A stretch of DNA of 64,000 nucleotides, taken from the IMG/VR virus record IMGVR_UViG_3300020429_000539, positions 236,263-300,262 of that record, one strand, 5' to 3'. Positions 49,983 to 59,759 of this stretch are shown one piece after another. How positions within the stretch are numbered: position 1 is the first letter of the stretch; each line of letters begins with the position of its first letter. This DNA comes from a virus (taxonomy: Duplodnaviria; Heunggongvirae; Uroviricota; Caudoviricetes). The notes beneath the pieces were generated by a model. It did not search any database. It was not told the DNA's origin and was given only the letters and a program-made list of their open reading frames with translations. A program made the translations under genes and the position numbers.

Positions 49983-51842
49983 ATGTCTCGCAACGAGCTA
50001 AAAACACTATACAATAAACTTGTTCGCTTTGCGGATTTCCCTATGTACGAGAACCAGGGAGCAGCCGCAGGCGATGAAGCAGAAAAAGCTCGTGTTTCTT
50101 GGAAGAGATTCAACGCGGGCGCTCAATCAAACCTTGTTCAGGGCGGTCCTTTGCCGCCTGAGATTGCCGAACGTCTCAAGAACAAGATGGACGAGTTTCG
50201 TAGCGAGTTTGAGCAGTTCGCCACGAACGATGCCACACAGCAAGCGTTGTCTAAGTATGCAGGTTTGATTTTTGCTTACTATGCGCCTGACTTTATCGGT
50301 AATGACTTTCCGAGTAAGACAAGGAAGCTACCAGATTATCTCAAGCAGACTCTTGAGTTTGTTCGCAGTAACAATATACAGTTACCAACTCTCGGTCAGG
50401 GCGGAGATAAGGGTATAGGCTCTGCTCACTTCATGAGTCACAACGGTCACGCATGGGCCGAATACGCTCAACAGAAACAGCTTGGTGGCCTTGGTCGTGC
50501 GCGTGGTTCGCAGAACCGCGAAGTTATGATGGTAACAAATCCTGCTATTGCAGAACGAAATGGCTGGTCCTATGGTTCGTTTGCTGTTCAAGATGGAGCA
50601 TCGGGCGCTGGTTTGTTCATAGACACTTCAGGCACTACTGGCGAGGGTTTGCAGCCTATTCTTTCGTTGCAAACAGGCGCAGACGCTCGTAAGAAGTTTT
50701 TCCAGCAAGGCTTGGACCCCAAAGGCAGCACGATTGTTCTTCCTCAAGGACCAAACGGTAACACTGCTGAGCCAGCGAAGAAATCTCAGATTGGTCGTTA
50801 TGTAGAGTTCAATGGTCGCGAGATTGCTCAAGACGCAGCAGGTAATCCTGTATGGAAACCAGGCCTAACTCCTGGTCAACAACGAAAAGCACAAGATGCT
50901 TGGGAGCGATATCAGCAGAACATGGAAGCAATGGAGAATGGGACGCTGTATCAAATGCGACTGCAAGAAGATGGCAGTATTATGCTTCGCAATATACAGA
51001 GCAACGAAACCTATCCAATGACTTCATCGCAGCTTCAGTCCTTGTTGAAGCCAGGATATTTAAGACCCGGTGTAACGCTTGCTCTCAAGCCCGCTGAAAC
51101 AGCGGAAGGACAGACCGAGGAAACAGGTAGATTTGGTACTTTTCGTCCATCCGAAGAGCTTATGGCTGACCTTTCTGCGGAAGATGGTCAAGGCTATTTC
51201 CGTATTGAGCAAGCCATAGGCCCCGGTCGTGGACCTAACCGTAATCCGTACAGTTTTGAGTCACTACGAGAGCTTCAGCATTATATTGGCGGTGGACGAG
51301 TATCTTTGAACGCATATCGCTTAGCTGTAATTGGGCCTCAGTTCTCAACTGCTACCAATCTTGGCGAGGGACAGGGTGTTGCGGCTAATCCGTTCATGAT
51401 GAGCCCTGAGCATGCGGTAGACCCTGCTGTCGATTCGCTCGCTGTCGATAGAGGCGTTCAGTGGGGTGTTTACATGACCACTGCTGCTCCTCAAAAGATA
51501 GAGGCTCAGGGTGTTAGAGGTTCTACTCCTTGGCGAAAAATAGCTCTTACAGATACCATCGAGGAAGCATTTAACTCTCTTGCGAGCGAGGCTGCAAAGG
51601 CAGATCCAAATGCAGACTTGGCTGCAATCGGTCAAGACGCTCAAAGGATTGCGCAGCAGGCTCTTGGTAAGGCTAGGGATATGCCTGCCGACGCTCAGTT
51701 GCCCGCGCCTGCGCCCGCTCCTGCTACCACACCTGCACAGCCACCAAACGTTAATGTCCAGAATGACGATAGAGGTATTGTTCAACCTGGAAATAGTACA
51801 ATGGCTTCGTTGCATCGTTTGATGCGGAAACTTAGCAAATAA
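49983..51842 (+). CDS. hypothetical virion-associated protein
   Basis: 619 aa; LVRFAD leader; Pro/Ala-rich tail. Confidence 0.7.
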   Translation: MSRNELKTLYNKLVRFADFPMYENQGAAAGDEAEKARVSWKRFNAGAQSNLVQGGPLPPEIAERLKNKMDEFRSEFEQFATNDATQQALSKYAGLIFAYYAPDFIGNDFPSKTRKLPDYLKQTLEFVRSNNIQLPTLGQGGDKGIGSAHFMSHNGHAWAEYAQQKQLGGLGRARGSQNREVMMVTNPAIAERNGWSYGSFAVQDGASGAGLFIDTSGTTGEGLQPILSLQTGADARKKFFQQGLDPKGSTIVLPQGPNGNTAEPAKKSQIGRYVEFNGREIAQDAAGNPVWKPGLTPGQQRKAQDAWERYQQNMEAMENGTLYQMRLQEDGSIMLRNIQSNETYPMTSSQLQSLLKPGYLRPGVTLALKPAETAEGQTEETGRFGTFRPSEELMADLSAEDGQGYFRIEQAIGPGRGPNRNPYSFESLRELQHYIGGGRVSLNAYRLAVIGPQFSTATNLGEGQGVAANPFMMSPEHAVDPAVDSLAVDRGVQWGVYMTTAAPQKIEAQGVRGSTPWRKIALTDTIEEAFNSLASEAAKADPNADLAAIGQDAQRIAQQALGKARDMPADAQLPAPAPAPATTPAQPPNVNVQNDDRGIVQPGNSTMASLHRLMRKLSK

Positions 51843-51904
51843 TAGAGGATTTTTCTATCACACATGCGTAGTTAGAAGGACCGCAAACAATAAGAGGAAT
51901 ACTT

Positions 51905-54900
51905 ATGGGTTTTACGAAACGAGCATCAAGCACTGGTCGCCCCCTTCATCTAGAGGCACTTAACGTACCTCAGGGTAAAGAGTGGGACTTGATCAACAAG
52001 GATTCGCTAATCAAGACTGCTTCATTGTCGAAAGACAAAGCTGTCGATTTGAATGGTTTTAATCTTGAAGCCGCTATCAAAGAAAGCCCAGACCATCTTT
52101 TTGTTAAGGTTTTTGCAATCAAACAAGATGAGGTCAACGATAATGGCGATGCATTTTCTGCTAGCGAGCTTAAGAAGGCTACAAGCACGTTTATTGGTTG
52201 TCCAGTATTCGTTAACCATCAGAATGATGATGTTGAAAAAGCTCGCGGCATGGTCGTCCACGCATGGTTCGACGATGAAGCCGGTGGTATCTACTGTATC
52301 AACAAGGTAGATAAGACAGCCTATCCTCAGCTTGCTCGCGGTATCGAAGAGGGTTACATTATAGGAACATCGATGGGCGCTCAGGTCGGTCATTCGGTGT
52401 GTTCAATCTGTCACAATAAGGCTCACACTGCTGACGAGTTCTGTACACATATCAGAAATCAGAAGACTCGTAAGTTTCAGATGAGGGCTCATGATTGTAA
52501 ATACCACGAGAGCGCTGGCAAGCCCAGCGATGATTGCCCTGTGTGCGGTTGCCGTCCCGGAGAGAAGCGAGCTAACGCTACCGAGGGCCTCAAGGTCTTT
52601 GAGTGGAACTATGATATCAACTTTATTGAAGATAGCTTTGTTGTAAACCCAGCATGTCACGATTGCTTGGTTTGCGATATCCTAAATGTTCCTGCTATTG
52701 AGAGTCGTCTTGCATCGAAAGTTGCTGAGCTAGAGAAGCTTGCATCTTCATACGAAGAGGGAATGTCTTCGGGCAAGATGGAAAAAGTTGCAGGTAATAT
52801 GGAAGTTCAGGCCCTAAACGATGCGATGAACCTTATTGAAAAGGTTACTCGTTCGATTATGGCGCAGAAACAACAGATTGATATGGAATACGCGAGTGAC
52901 CTCATCGAGGTTCTTGCAAATATTCAAAGCACGACTGACGAACTCATCGAAATGGGTTACAGTCAACTTCCCTCGCCCTCGGAGAGCGAGGTTATGTTTG
53001 GTTCCAATACTTCTGCTTCGCCTGTTGAGGACACAGGAGCGACTCAGGTTGATGACCCCAATATGCTTGGCGCTCAGCAACCTGCTGCTCCGACACAGCC
53101 AGGTGGGGTAGAAACCGGAAACTATGGAAATCAAATTGGTACAGTTACCCGTCCAACGTTTTCCTCCAATAATTCCAGTTCTAGGGAGGAATTTTTGAAG
53201 AGAGCGGAGAACATTATAGAGAATCTAGACAGATTGCGCTCTATCGTTGTCGATCAGGAGCAGCAGGAAGTTGCGGGTATGAGTTCGAAAGAAAACAATA
53301 AGGAGTCAAGTTCTATGGCTAAGCCTAAAGATAATGAGACCAAGACTGCGGCGGGTCAGGGTGTTACGCCAGAACAGGCAGAGGTCATCACTCAGAAGCA
53401 GTTTGATTCTGCCGACCTTCCTTTGCATGGTCGTCAGGAAGACCACTATAATACGATTACGGAAGGTGATGAGCAGATTGGTGGTTCTGAAAGAGTAAAC
53501 GACACTACAACAGCCTCGCCACAAGTTCGCCTTGACAACCCCTACGAGTTTATTACACAGGCTCAGTTGGCGGAAATTCAGGACGGATATATCGTTCGTT
53601 GGGAGTCATACCCAGAGGTAGTTACTGAAAAGCAGTGGGACGAGATTAGCCGAGAGGTTAGCGGTCGTCTTCCTGAGGACTACACGGAAGAAATTACGCA
53701 GGCTCAGCTAAGAAGCTTGCTTTCGACACACCGTTGGGAAGACCCAGCAGTTATTACGCAACAGCAGCTTGCTGACCAGGGCTCCACCATGCCGCACGGT
53801 GGAGATACTTCGCGATGGAAGGCTGCTTATACATTTGACCCCAAGGCTCTTGTTAAGTCTGCTACGAACGCCGTAGCTGACGCTATTGCTAATTACGGTC
53901 TATCTCCAAGCGATATTCAGAAATCTATCGTTGCTATGACGATTACGCCACAGTCTCATATGAAGGCAGCCTACTTGACTCTTGTCAACGCTTTGCCTCA
54001 GAAGATTGAAGACCGTGCTGCTGCTCGTAACCGTAACGCATACTTCAGCCGTGTAGCTGGTTCAAAAACAAACGACAAGCCAATCAACGGTTTCCTCGGT
54101 GCGCTTGCTGATAACATCGGCTATGCAAAGGCTGAGGACTTTATTGATGCTGTAAAGTTTGTTGTAAACGATAAAAACGTATTTGCTTCTGCTGAGCAGC
54201 TTGCTCACAAGAAGCTCGCTTCTGCATCGACGCCTGAAGAGATTCTCGATAAGAATGCCCGCTTCGCTGAGGCTTTCTCCGAGCTTTATGTAGACAAAAA
54301 TGACGGTATCTACAAGCTTTGTGGAACCATTAGGGATGACCTAGAAGGCGCTGATCCACAAGATCAGCCAGTCTTTTTGGAAACTGTTGTAGCGTATTCG
54401 GAGAAGACGGTTGGCAAGCCAATCATTCTCGCCTCGCTTGATATCGATGAAGAGAACAAGACTTTCGAGGCTATTGTTAAGGAAGAGTCTGTTGCTTCTG
54501 ATGAAGAGATGAAGGCTTTTGCTTCGCTCAAGAAGAACAACTTCAAGTCTGCTGAGCATCAGTTTGGCGGTCCTGAGGAAGAGGACTGGGATGAGCAAGG
54601 CGCAGAGAATGCAGCCGATGAAGCCGCCCGCAAAGCAGAGGAAGACGAGAAGCAGCAGCGAGCCGCTTCGCGTAACAAGAAAATGGAGAGAGCCGCTCAA
54701 ATGATGGGCGGACAGATGCCAACAGGACTCGGCGATGGTATGGGTGGCGGCGCTTCGCTTCCAACCCCGCCTGATGCTGCTGGCGCTCAGCCTGGTCTTG
54801 AGAGCATGGATAACGGCGGCATGATGGAGGGCGAGTCTGATTTTGCAGACGGCGACCTTGACCCTGCCCCTCCCGGCTCGAAGTGCCCTGTCTGTGGTTC

Positions 54901-57577
54901 TGAAGATGTTGATATTATGGGCGGACAGGGCAAGTGTAACAACTGTGGCTCTGAGTTCGTCTTCAAGGTTGACATCGAAGTTACCAAGTGGGCGGACCTC
55001 ACCCCTGATGAAGAGGGCGGAGACGACATGGAGGGCGAAGGTTTCGCAGTCGATGATGAGGCTGGCTTCGAAGAGGATATTCCTGTCGCGGCATTTACTC
55101 GCATTACTGACAAGGCTCTCAAGAAGATTGCTGAGTCTGGGACCAAGCTTGGTTCGGTCAGCCCCTACAACGGAACGACCAATACGGTTCGAGTTTCTGA
55201 TAACGAATACCACTGTCTCAGCACTGGCCGTCGTTATTCTATCGCGCAGGCTATGAAGGGCGATGATTGGTACATGCAGTGGACATGGACACCGCCTGTT
55301 GTTGATAGTTGTCCGACTTGCCGTCGCTTGAAGAAAACATTTGCAAGCGCTCTTGAGCAGTTTGGCATGAACGACAAGGAGTTTGAGTCACTGTCCCTTG
55401 AGGACCGTGGTAAAGTCATCATCTCGATGAACAACAAGGGTCTCTTGAACCGCGTCAAGACCGCAAGCAATCAATCGGTATTGGCTGATTTCAAGAAAAC
55501 TGCTTCTCTTGGTGTTGGCGTTGATTTCCCTGTAGAGAACTGCCGCGAGCTTCTTGCTCGTCGTTTCGGCGAGAACGCGATTGCTCTCAGCGGTCCCGAT
55601 GAGGGAGAGAACCTTGTAAACTCTGTATGCAAGCGTCTTGCTAAGGCAAACATCTACAGCGATAAGATTGCTGTCAAGGTTGCAGAGATATGGTCCGAGC
55701 CGGATGCATGTATCGAATGTCTCGAAGATTTCATTCGTAGCGGATTCTCCGCTAAGCAGGCGTCGTTTGTTTGCGACCAACTCAAGACCAAGTATGCTCA
55801 GGTTGTTGAAATGCTTGCAGACGAAATTGAGTCTGACCCATTTGATGATATCGCTCCTGAAGGCGACATGGGCGGAGGATTGGATGATGTTGTCGAGGAC
55901 GTAACTAGCGTGTTCGATGATGTTGACCCGTTCTCACCTGGCGCTGAAGATGCCGGTGTTGTCCAAGTAGAGATTCCTCTTGATGTTCTAGAGAACTTTG
56001 ATGAGGCAATCGACAAGGCTCTTGGTGAAGACCCTGCCCTTGAGGAGCATCACGATGAGCGAGAGCTACCCGAGGGCGAAGCGGAGATTTCGCTTCCAAC
56101 CGACGCAGTAGACGCTATTGATGAAGTTGCGGACGATGCTCTTGACTCTGCTATTGAGGAAGAGCCCGCAACTGAGGAACCCATCGGCGACGACGACAAT
56201 GGTGACGACGACGATGGTGACGACGATGGACCCGATGGTGGCGGCGCTCCTACAAGCGAGATGGGCTACCCCGATGGTAAGGAAGAGGAAGATGGCACTC
56301 AAGTAGTTGAGGGCATGGATTCCGAGCCAAAAGCACCAGGAATGGGGGCCTATGCGAAAAATTCTCAGGGGATTAAGAAGGAATCTTCACAGGAAGTTTT
56401 GAATCCCATACAAGAGGAAACTCAGGAGCAAGTTATGCGTAACTCAGATGCTTTCAAGCGAGGCAAAATTAGCAAGTCCCACAAGGTTACTCTTGACTTG
56501 AACGCTGTTCAGTCATTGCTTGCTAAGCATGCCGGCGAAAGCACAGTGAAGCAGGTAAACGTGCAAGACAAGCCTGAGATTGAGCCCATTTCTAATGTAG
56601 GCAAGTCACAGATGGGCCATGAAGAGAAGCTTTCTCTCGAAGACCCAACAGCCCCTTCAGTAGGAACTGGCGCAACTATGGGCAAGGAGCCCAACGACAT
56701 TGTTCCAACTGATTCGCCAACTGTTCCTCATGGCAGCGGCGAGATGGGTCACGAGTCAGAACAAGGCTACACTTCCGAGGGTGGCAATGAGATGACTGGT
56801 GGAGATAAAGGTGCTGGTAACTCGAAGGCTGCCAAGCTTGATAAGCAAACAGTAAAAACAAGCGGTATGGTCAATGACCTTGCTAACCGCATCATCAAGA
56901 GTGCCGAAAAGGTAAACGAGGCTAAGCCAGTTGCGGACGATGAGGACGTTGCTCCTATCTCCAAGAACGAGGACCATCCTCATACACCTGAAGGCAGCAA
57001 GATAAAGCCATTTGAGTCGTCTGACCATGCTGAAACGGACAGCGTTCCAGAGGCAGGCTCCGGCGCTTACATGGGTCACGAAGAGGAGAGCATTGGCGCT
57101 GTGCCCAAGGCACCCGAGCATCAGCCTGATATCCCATCTGGCGGTGGCTCCAATGCTAACTATGATAAGAATGACAAGTATTCTCCTGAAAAGCAGGAGA
57201 ACATCAAAGGCACGGTCATCGCTGGTGGCGATGAGGAGTCTTTGGCAACCCGCAGGGCCGAAGCTATCAAGGTAGCGGCTCGTATGCTCCAAGCTCAGAT
57301 GATCAAGGCGGACGCTATGCCCGCTAAGGTTGCTGAACTAGAGCGCTACGAGGTTCCGCAAATCCAAGACTTCGAAAGAGCTATGTTTGGGGTTGTCGAG
57401 AAGGGACTCGACACCGTGGCGCGGGGGACAGAAAAGCCCCTGGTTATCTCGGAAAGCAGCAACAGACGGGATGCCGGTATGGAGCTAACTGCTCAAATCC
57501 AGAGCCTCTTTAGGCTCGACGGCGAGAACCGCCTTGCTGCTGAAGATGAGATTGCCCAAATGAGGCGTCTACGGTAA
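51905..57577 (+). CDS. prohead maturation protease fused to long scaffold/internal polyprotein
   Basis: N-terminal NDNGDAF, VFVNH, GTSMG..CSIC, FIEDSFVVNPA (HK97/assemblin-like); Zn ribbons; acidic tracts; located before capsid genes. Confidence 0.8.
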   Translation: MGFTKRASSTGRPLHLEALNVPQGKEWDLINKDSLIKTASLSKDKAVDLNGFNLEAAIKESPDHLFVKVFAIKQDEVNDNGDAFSASELKKATSTFIGCPVFVNHQNDDVEKARGMVVHAWFDDEAGGIYCINKVDKTAYPQLARGIEEGYIIGTSMGAQVGHSVCSICHNKAHTADEFCTHIRNQKTRKFQMRAHDCKYHESAGKPSDDCPVCGCRPGEKRANATEGLKVFEWNYDINFIEDSFVVNPACHDCLVCDILNVPAIESRLASKVAELEKLASSYEEGMSSGKMEKVAGNMEVQALNDAMNLIEKVTRSIMAQKQQIDMEYASDLIEVLANIQSTTDELIEMGYSQLPSPSESEVMFGSNTSASPVEDTGATQVDDPNMLGAQQPAAPTQPGGVETGNYGNQIGTVTRPTFSSNNSSSREEFLKRAENIIENLDRLRSIVVDQEQQEVAGMSSKENNKESSSMAKPKDNETKTAAGQGVTPEQAEVITQKQFDSADLPLHGRQEDHYNTITEGDEQIGGSERVNDTTTASPQVRLDNPYEFITQAQLAEIQDGYIVRWESYPEVVTEKQWDEISREVSGRLPEDYTEEITQAQLRSLLSTHRWEDPAVITQQQLADQGSTMPHGGDTSRWKAAYTFDPKALVKSATNAVADAIANYGLSPSDIQKSIVAMTITPQSHMKAAYLTLVNALPQKIEDRAAARNRNAYFSRVAGSKTNDKPINGFLGALADNIGYAKAEDFIDAVKFVVNDKNVFASAEQLAHKKLASASTPEEILDKNARFAEAFSELYVDKNDGIYKLCGTIRDDLEGADPQDQPVFLETVVAYSEKTVGKPIILASLDIDEENKTFEAIVKEESVASDEEMKAFASLKKNNFKSAEHQFGGPEEEDWDEQGAENAADEAARKAEEDEKQQRAASRNKKMERAAQMMGGQMPTGLGDGMGGGASLPTPPDAAGAQPGLESMDNGGMMEGESDFADGDLDPAPPGSKCPVCGSEDVDIMGGQGKCNNCGSEFVFKVDIEVTKWADLTPDEEGGDDMEGEGFAVDDEAGFEEDIPVAAFTRITDKALKKIAESGTKLGSVSPYNGTTNTVRVSDNEYHCLSTGRRYSIAQAMKGDDWYMQWTWTPPVVDSCPTCRRLKKTFASALEQFGMNDKEFESLSLEDRGKVIISMNNKGLLNRVKTASNQSVLADFKKTASLGVGVDFPVENCRELLARRFGENAIALSGPDEGENLVNSVCKRLAKANIYSDKIAVKVAEIWSEPDACIECLEDFIRSGFSAKQASFVCDQLKTKYAQVVEMLADEIESDPFDDIAPEGDMGGGLDDVVEDVTSVFDDVDPFSPGAEDAGVVQVEIPLDVLENFDEAIDKALGEDPALEEHHDERELPEGEAEISLPTDAVDAIDEVADDALDSAIEEEPATEEPIGDDDNGDDDDGDDDGPDGGGAPTSEMGYPDGKEEEDGTQVVEGMDSEPKAPGMGAYAKNSQGIKKESSQEVLNPIQEETQEQVMRNSDAFKRGKISKSHKVTLDLNAVQSLLAKHAGESTVKQVNVQDKPEIEPISNVGKSQMGHEEKLSLEDPTAPSVGTGATMGKEPNDIVPTDSPTVPHGSGEMGHESEQGYTSEGGNEMTGGDKGAGNSKAAKLDKQTVKTSGMVNDLANRIIKSAEKVNEAKPVADDEDVAPISKNEDHPHTPEGSKIKPFESSDHAETDSVPEAGSGAYMGHEEESIGAVPKAPEHQPDIPSGGGSNANYDKNDKYSPEKQENIKGTVIAGGDEESLATRRAEAIKVAARMLQAQMIKADAMPAKVAELERYEVPQIQDFERAMFGVVEKGLDTVARGTEKPLVISESSNRRDAGMELTAQIQSLFRLDGENRLAAEDEIAQMRRLR

Positions 57578-57606
57578 AGAACCCATAGCCTTAAGGAGAA
57601 TTGCAA

Positions 57607-58158
57607 ATGGCTCTTATTGAAGTATTTCACGTTGTTGCGTCTAACTATGACGTTGACCCAAACCATGATGCAGTGGGACACCCCATTGTTGAAGGTCAGT
57701 TCGTTGCCTTGAACAGTGACGCTTACGTCACTCAGTCCAACGGTAACTCTGAAATCACACAGCGTCCTATCGGTCTCGCTGGCGACACAATCGCTACCGA
57801 TCAGGGCTACACGCCTTACGCTGCTGACATCGTAATCAGCGGCTCTGGTTCGACTCGTTCGACCTCTAACCGCGTCTCTGACTTCTTCGATGAGACTCGT
57901 GGTTCGAGCAAGATCACCGTTTACCACGGTGGCGGCGAGTTCTGGACTGACCAGTACGCTACTGGTCAGAACTGGGAGAAGGGTGGCAACTGCTATGTAG
58001 ATTCGACTGGTCTTTTGACCATGACGAACCCCGGCTCAGGCCGTATAGTTGGTCGCTGCATTACTGGTCCATCCGATTACCCAAGTGGTGTTCCTGGCGT
58101 TGATGTAGAGGGTTCTATCTCTCTTGGTCAGTTCGTTAGGTTCCAGTTGGTTCTCTAA
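57607..58158 (+). CDS. capsid decoration/cement protein
   Basis: AAGGAG RBS; directly upstream of MCP; GLAGD, SSKITVY..GGEFWTDQY. Confidence 0.7.
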   Translation: MALIEVFHVVASNYDVDPNHDAVGHPIVEGQFVALNSDAYVTQSNGNSEITQRPIGLAGDTIATDQGYTPYAADIVISGSGSTRSTSNRVSDFFDETRGSSKITVYHGGGEFWTDQYATGQNWEKGGNCYVDSTGLLTMTNPGSGRIVGRCITGPSDYPSGVPGVDVEGSISLGQFVRFQLVL

Positions 58159-58246
58159 TCCCTAGGTGAGATTAGGAATCTGAGGCTAACTAGCCTAACA
58201 ATTAACTTGGTCTCTATACGGGACTAATGTAAGGAGAAAGAATCAA

Positions 58247-59131
58247 ATGGCTTACACCAAAAACAACCTTTCTGATGAGCAGAAGGAAATGATCATTGCA
58301 CAGGCTCTTGAGACTGAGGAGGGTCGCACGGCTCTCGCTCAGGCCATGGTCGAGCCTATCCGTCGTTCGCTTGAGTACCAGGCTGTTGGTCGCAAGCTTC
58401 TCATGGTTGATGAGTTGCCTCAGGGCGCTCTCGCTCGCTACGAGCGTGACCTCGCAGCCATTGCGCACGTTGTTGCCCGTCGCGGCGCTGTTCCTGACCA
58501 GATTCAGGAAGGCGAGGAAATCCTCGTTCCCACTTGGGAAATCGCCGCTAACCCAACGATTCGCCTTTCCGAGATCAAGGCTCGCCGTTTCTACATCGTA
58601 GACCGCGCGCAGATCAAGGCTAAGGAAGCAATCCAGAAGGAAGAGGACACCCAGATTTTCAACGCTCTCATTGCTGCTGCCGACAACCGTGCGGCTGCTG
58701 GCTCTGCTCAGATCGTTACAGACATGGGCTCGCTCTCGACCACTGCTCTTAACAGCGCATTCCGCTACATCGAGCAGCATGACCTCGTGGCAACTAAGAT
58801 TGTTGTCCACGCTAACCGCTACGCAGATATCCGTACCTTTGGTAAGGACTTCTACGATGAGGCAACCGTTCGTGAAATCCTCACGACTGGTCTCTACGGC
58901 CACCTTTGGACCGCAGACATCCACGTTTCCTCGCGTATGCCAACCAACACCGTTCTCGTTGTTGCTTCGCCCGACACTGTTGGCGCGTTCCCAATCCGCC
59001 AGGACATTACCGTCCTGCCCGCAGACGACCCCAAGAAGCTCCGCCTCGGCTGGGTTATCTACGAGGAAGTCGGCATTGCGGTCATCAACGATTACGCAAT
59101 CTCGAAGATTGAGGTCTCTGAGGCCAGCTAA
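58247..59131 (+). CDS. major capsid protein (HK97 fold, encapsulin-like size)
   Basis: GRTALAQAMVEPIRRSLEYQAVGRKLLMVDELPQG; strongly biased codons; strong RBS; terminator downstream. Confidence 0.85.
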   Translation: MAYTKNNLSDEQKEMIIAQALETEEGRTALAQAMVEPIRRSLEYQAVGRKLLMVDELPQGALARYERDLAAIAHVVARRGAVPDQIQEGEEILVPTWEIAANPTIRLSEIKARRFYIVDRAQIKAKEAIQKEEDTQIFNALIAAADNRAAAGSAQIVTDMGSLSTTALNSAFRYIEQHDLVATKIVVHANRYADIRTFGKDFYDEATVREILTTGLYGHLWTADIHVSSRMPTNTVLVVASPDTVGAFPIRQDITVLPADDPKKLRLGWVIYEEVGIAVINDYAISKIEVSEAS

Positions 59132-59169
59132 TCTCTTAGCTGAAATCTTCTAGCCTCTAAAGCTTCTAT

Positions 59170-59205
59170 GAAGGGCGGGTCCATTGGGCTCGCCCTTCTC
59201 TATTT
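59170..59205 (+). terminator. terminator after MCP
   Basis: GAAGGGCGGGTCC / GGGCTCGCCCTTC stem. Confidence 0.7.
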
Positions 59206-59294
59206 AAGTCCATTTTGCCGATAGAATAGAGTGACTGAATAGAGTTCAAAACTGTCCTAGTCGATGAAGAAGAGGCGCATGCCAAGGAGATACA

Positions 59295-59717
59295 ATGGAA
59301 TTTGAGATTACTTATCGTGAGCTAGCTGAAATGTCTACGAGCCTGAACAGGTTGGTGCAGGTTAATATGCCCGCGAAGTATGCATTTCGTTTGCAGAAAA
59401 CCATGAAAACTCTTCAGCAAGAGTTAAAAGATTTGAACGAGCATAAAGAAACACTTATCAAGAAGTATGGCGAAGAAGTAGATAACGAAAAAGGTCGCAG
59501 CATACAGGTTAAGACCGAGCATGCTGAAACTTTCTGGAATGAATGGAACGAGATTCTTGAAGATACCATTACGATTACGGCTAATCCAATTCCGCTAAGT
59601 CTCATCGAAGATTCAGAGGTTACTATTGCAGATATGGCTTTGCTAGAGCGATTTATAGATGATGATTTATCTAATGATTCAGAGCCGGTGAAAGAAGTTA
59701 CTGAAACTGCAAGCTAA
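59295..59717 (+). CDS. hypothetical protein (DUF1617-like)
   Basis: AAGGAG RBS; MPAKYAFRL..LIKKYG pattern. Confidence 0.7.
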   Translation: MEFEITYRELAEMSTSLNRLVQVNMPAKYAFRLQKTMKTLQQELKDLNEHKETLIKKYGEEVDNEKGRSIQVKTEHAETFWNEWNEILEDTITITANPIPLSLIEDSEVTIADMALLERFIDDDLSNDSEPVKEVTETAS

Positions 59718-59759
59718 AGCGAAAGGTATTTGAACTCATGACCTTGAATATGTAGGTGA

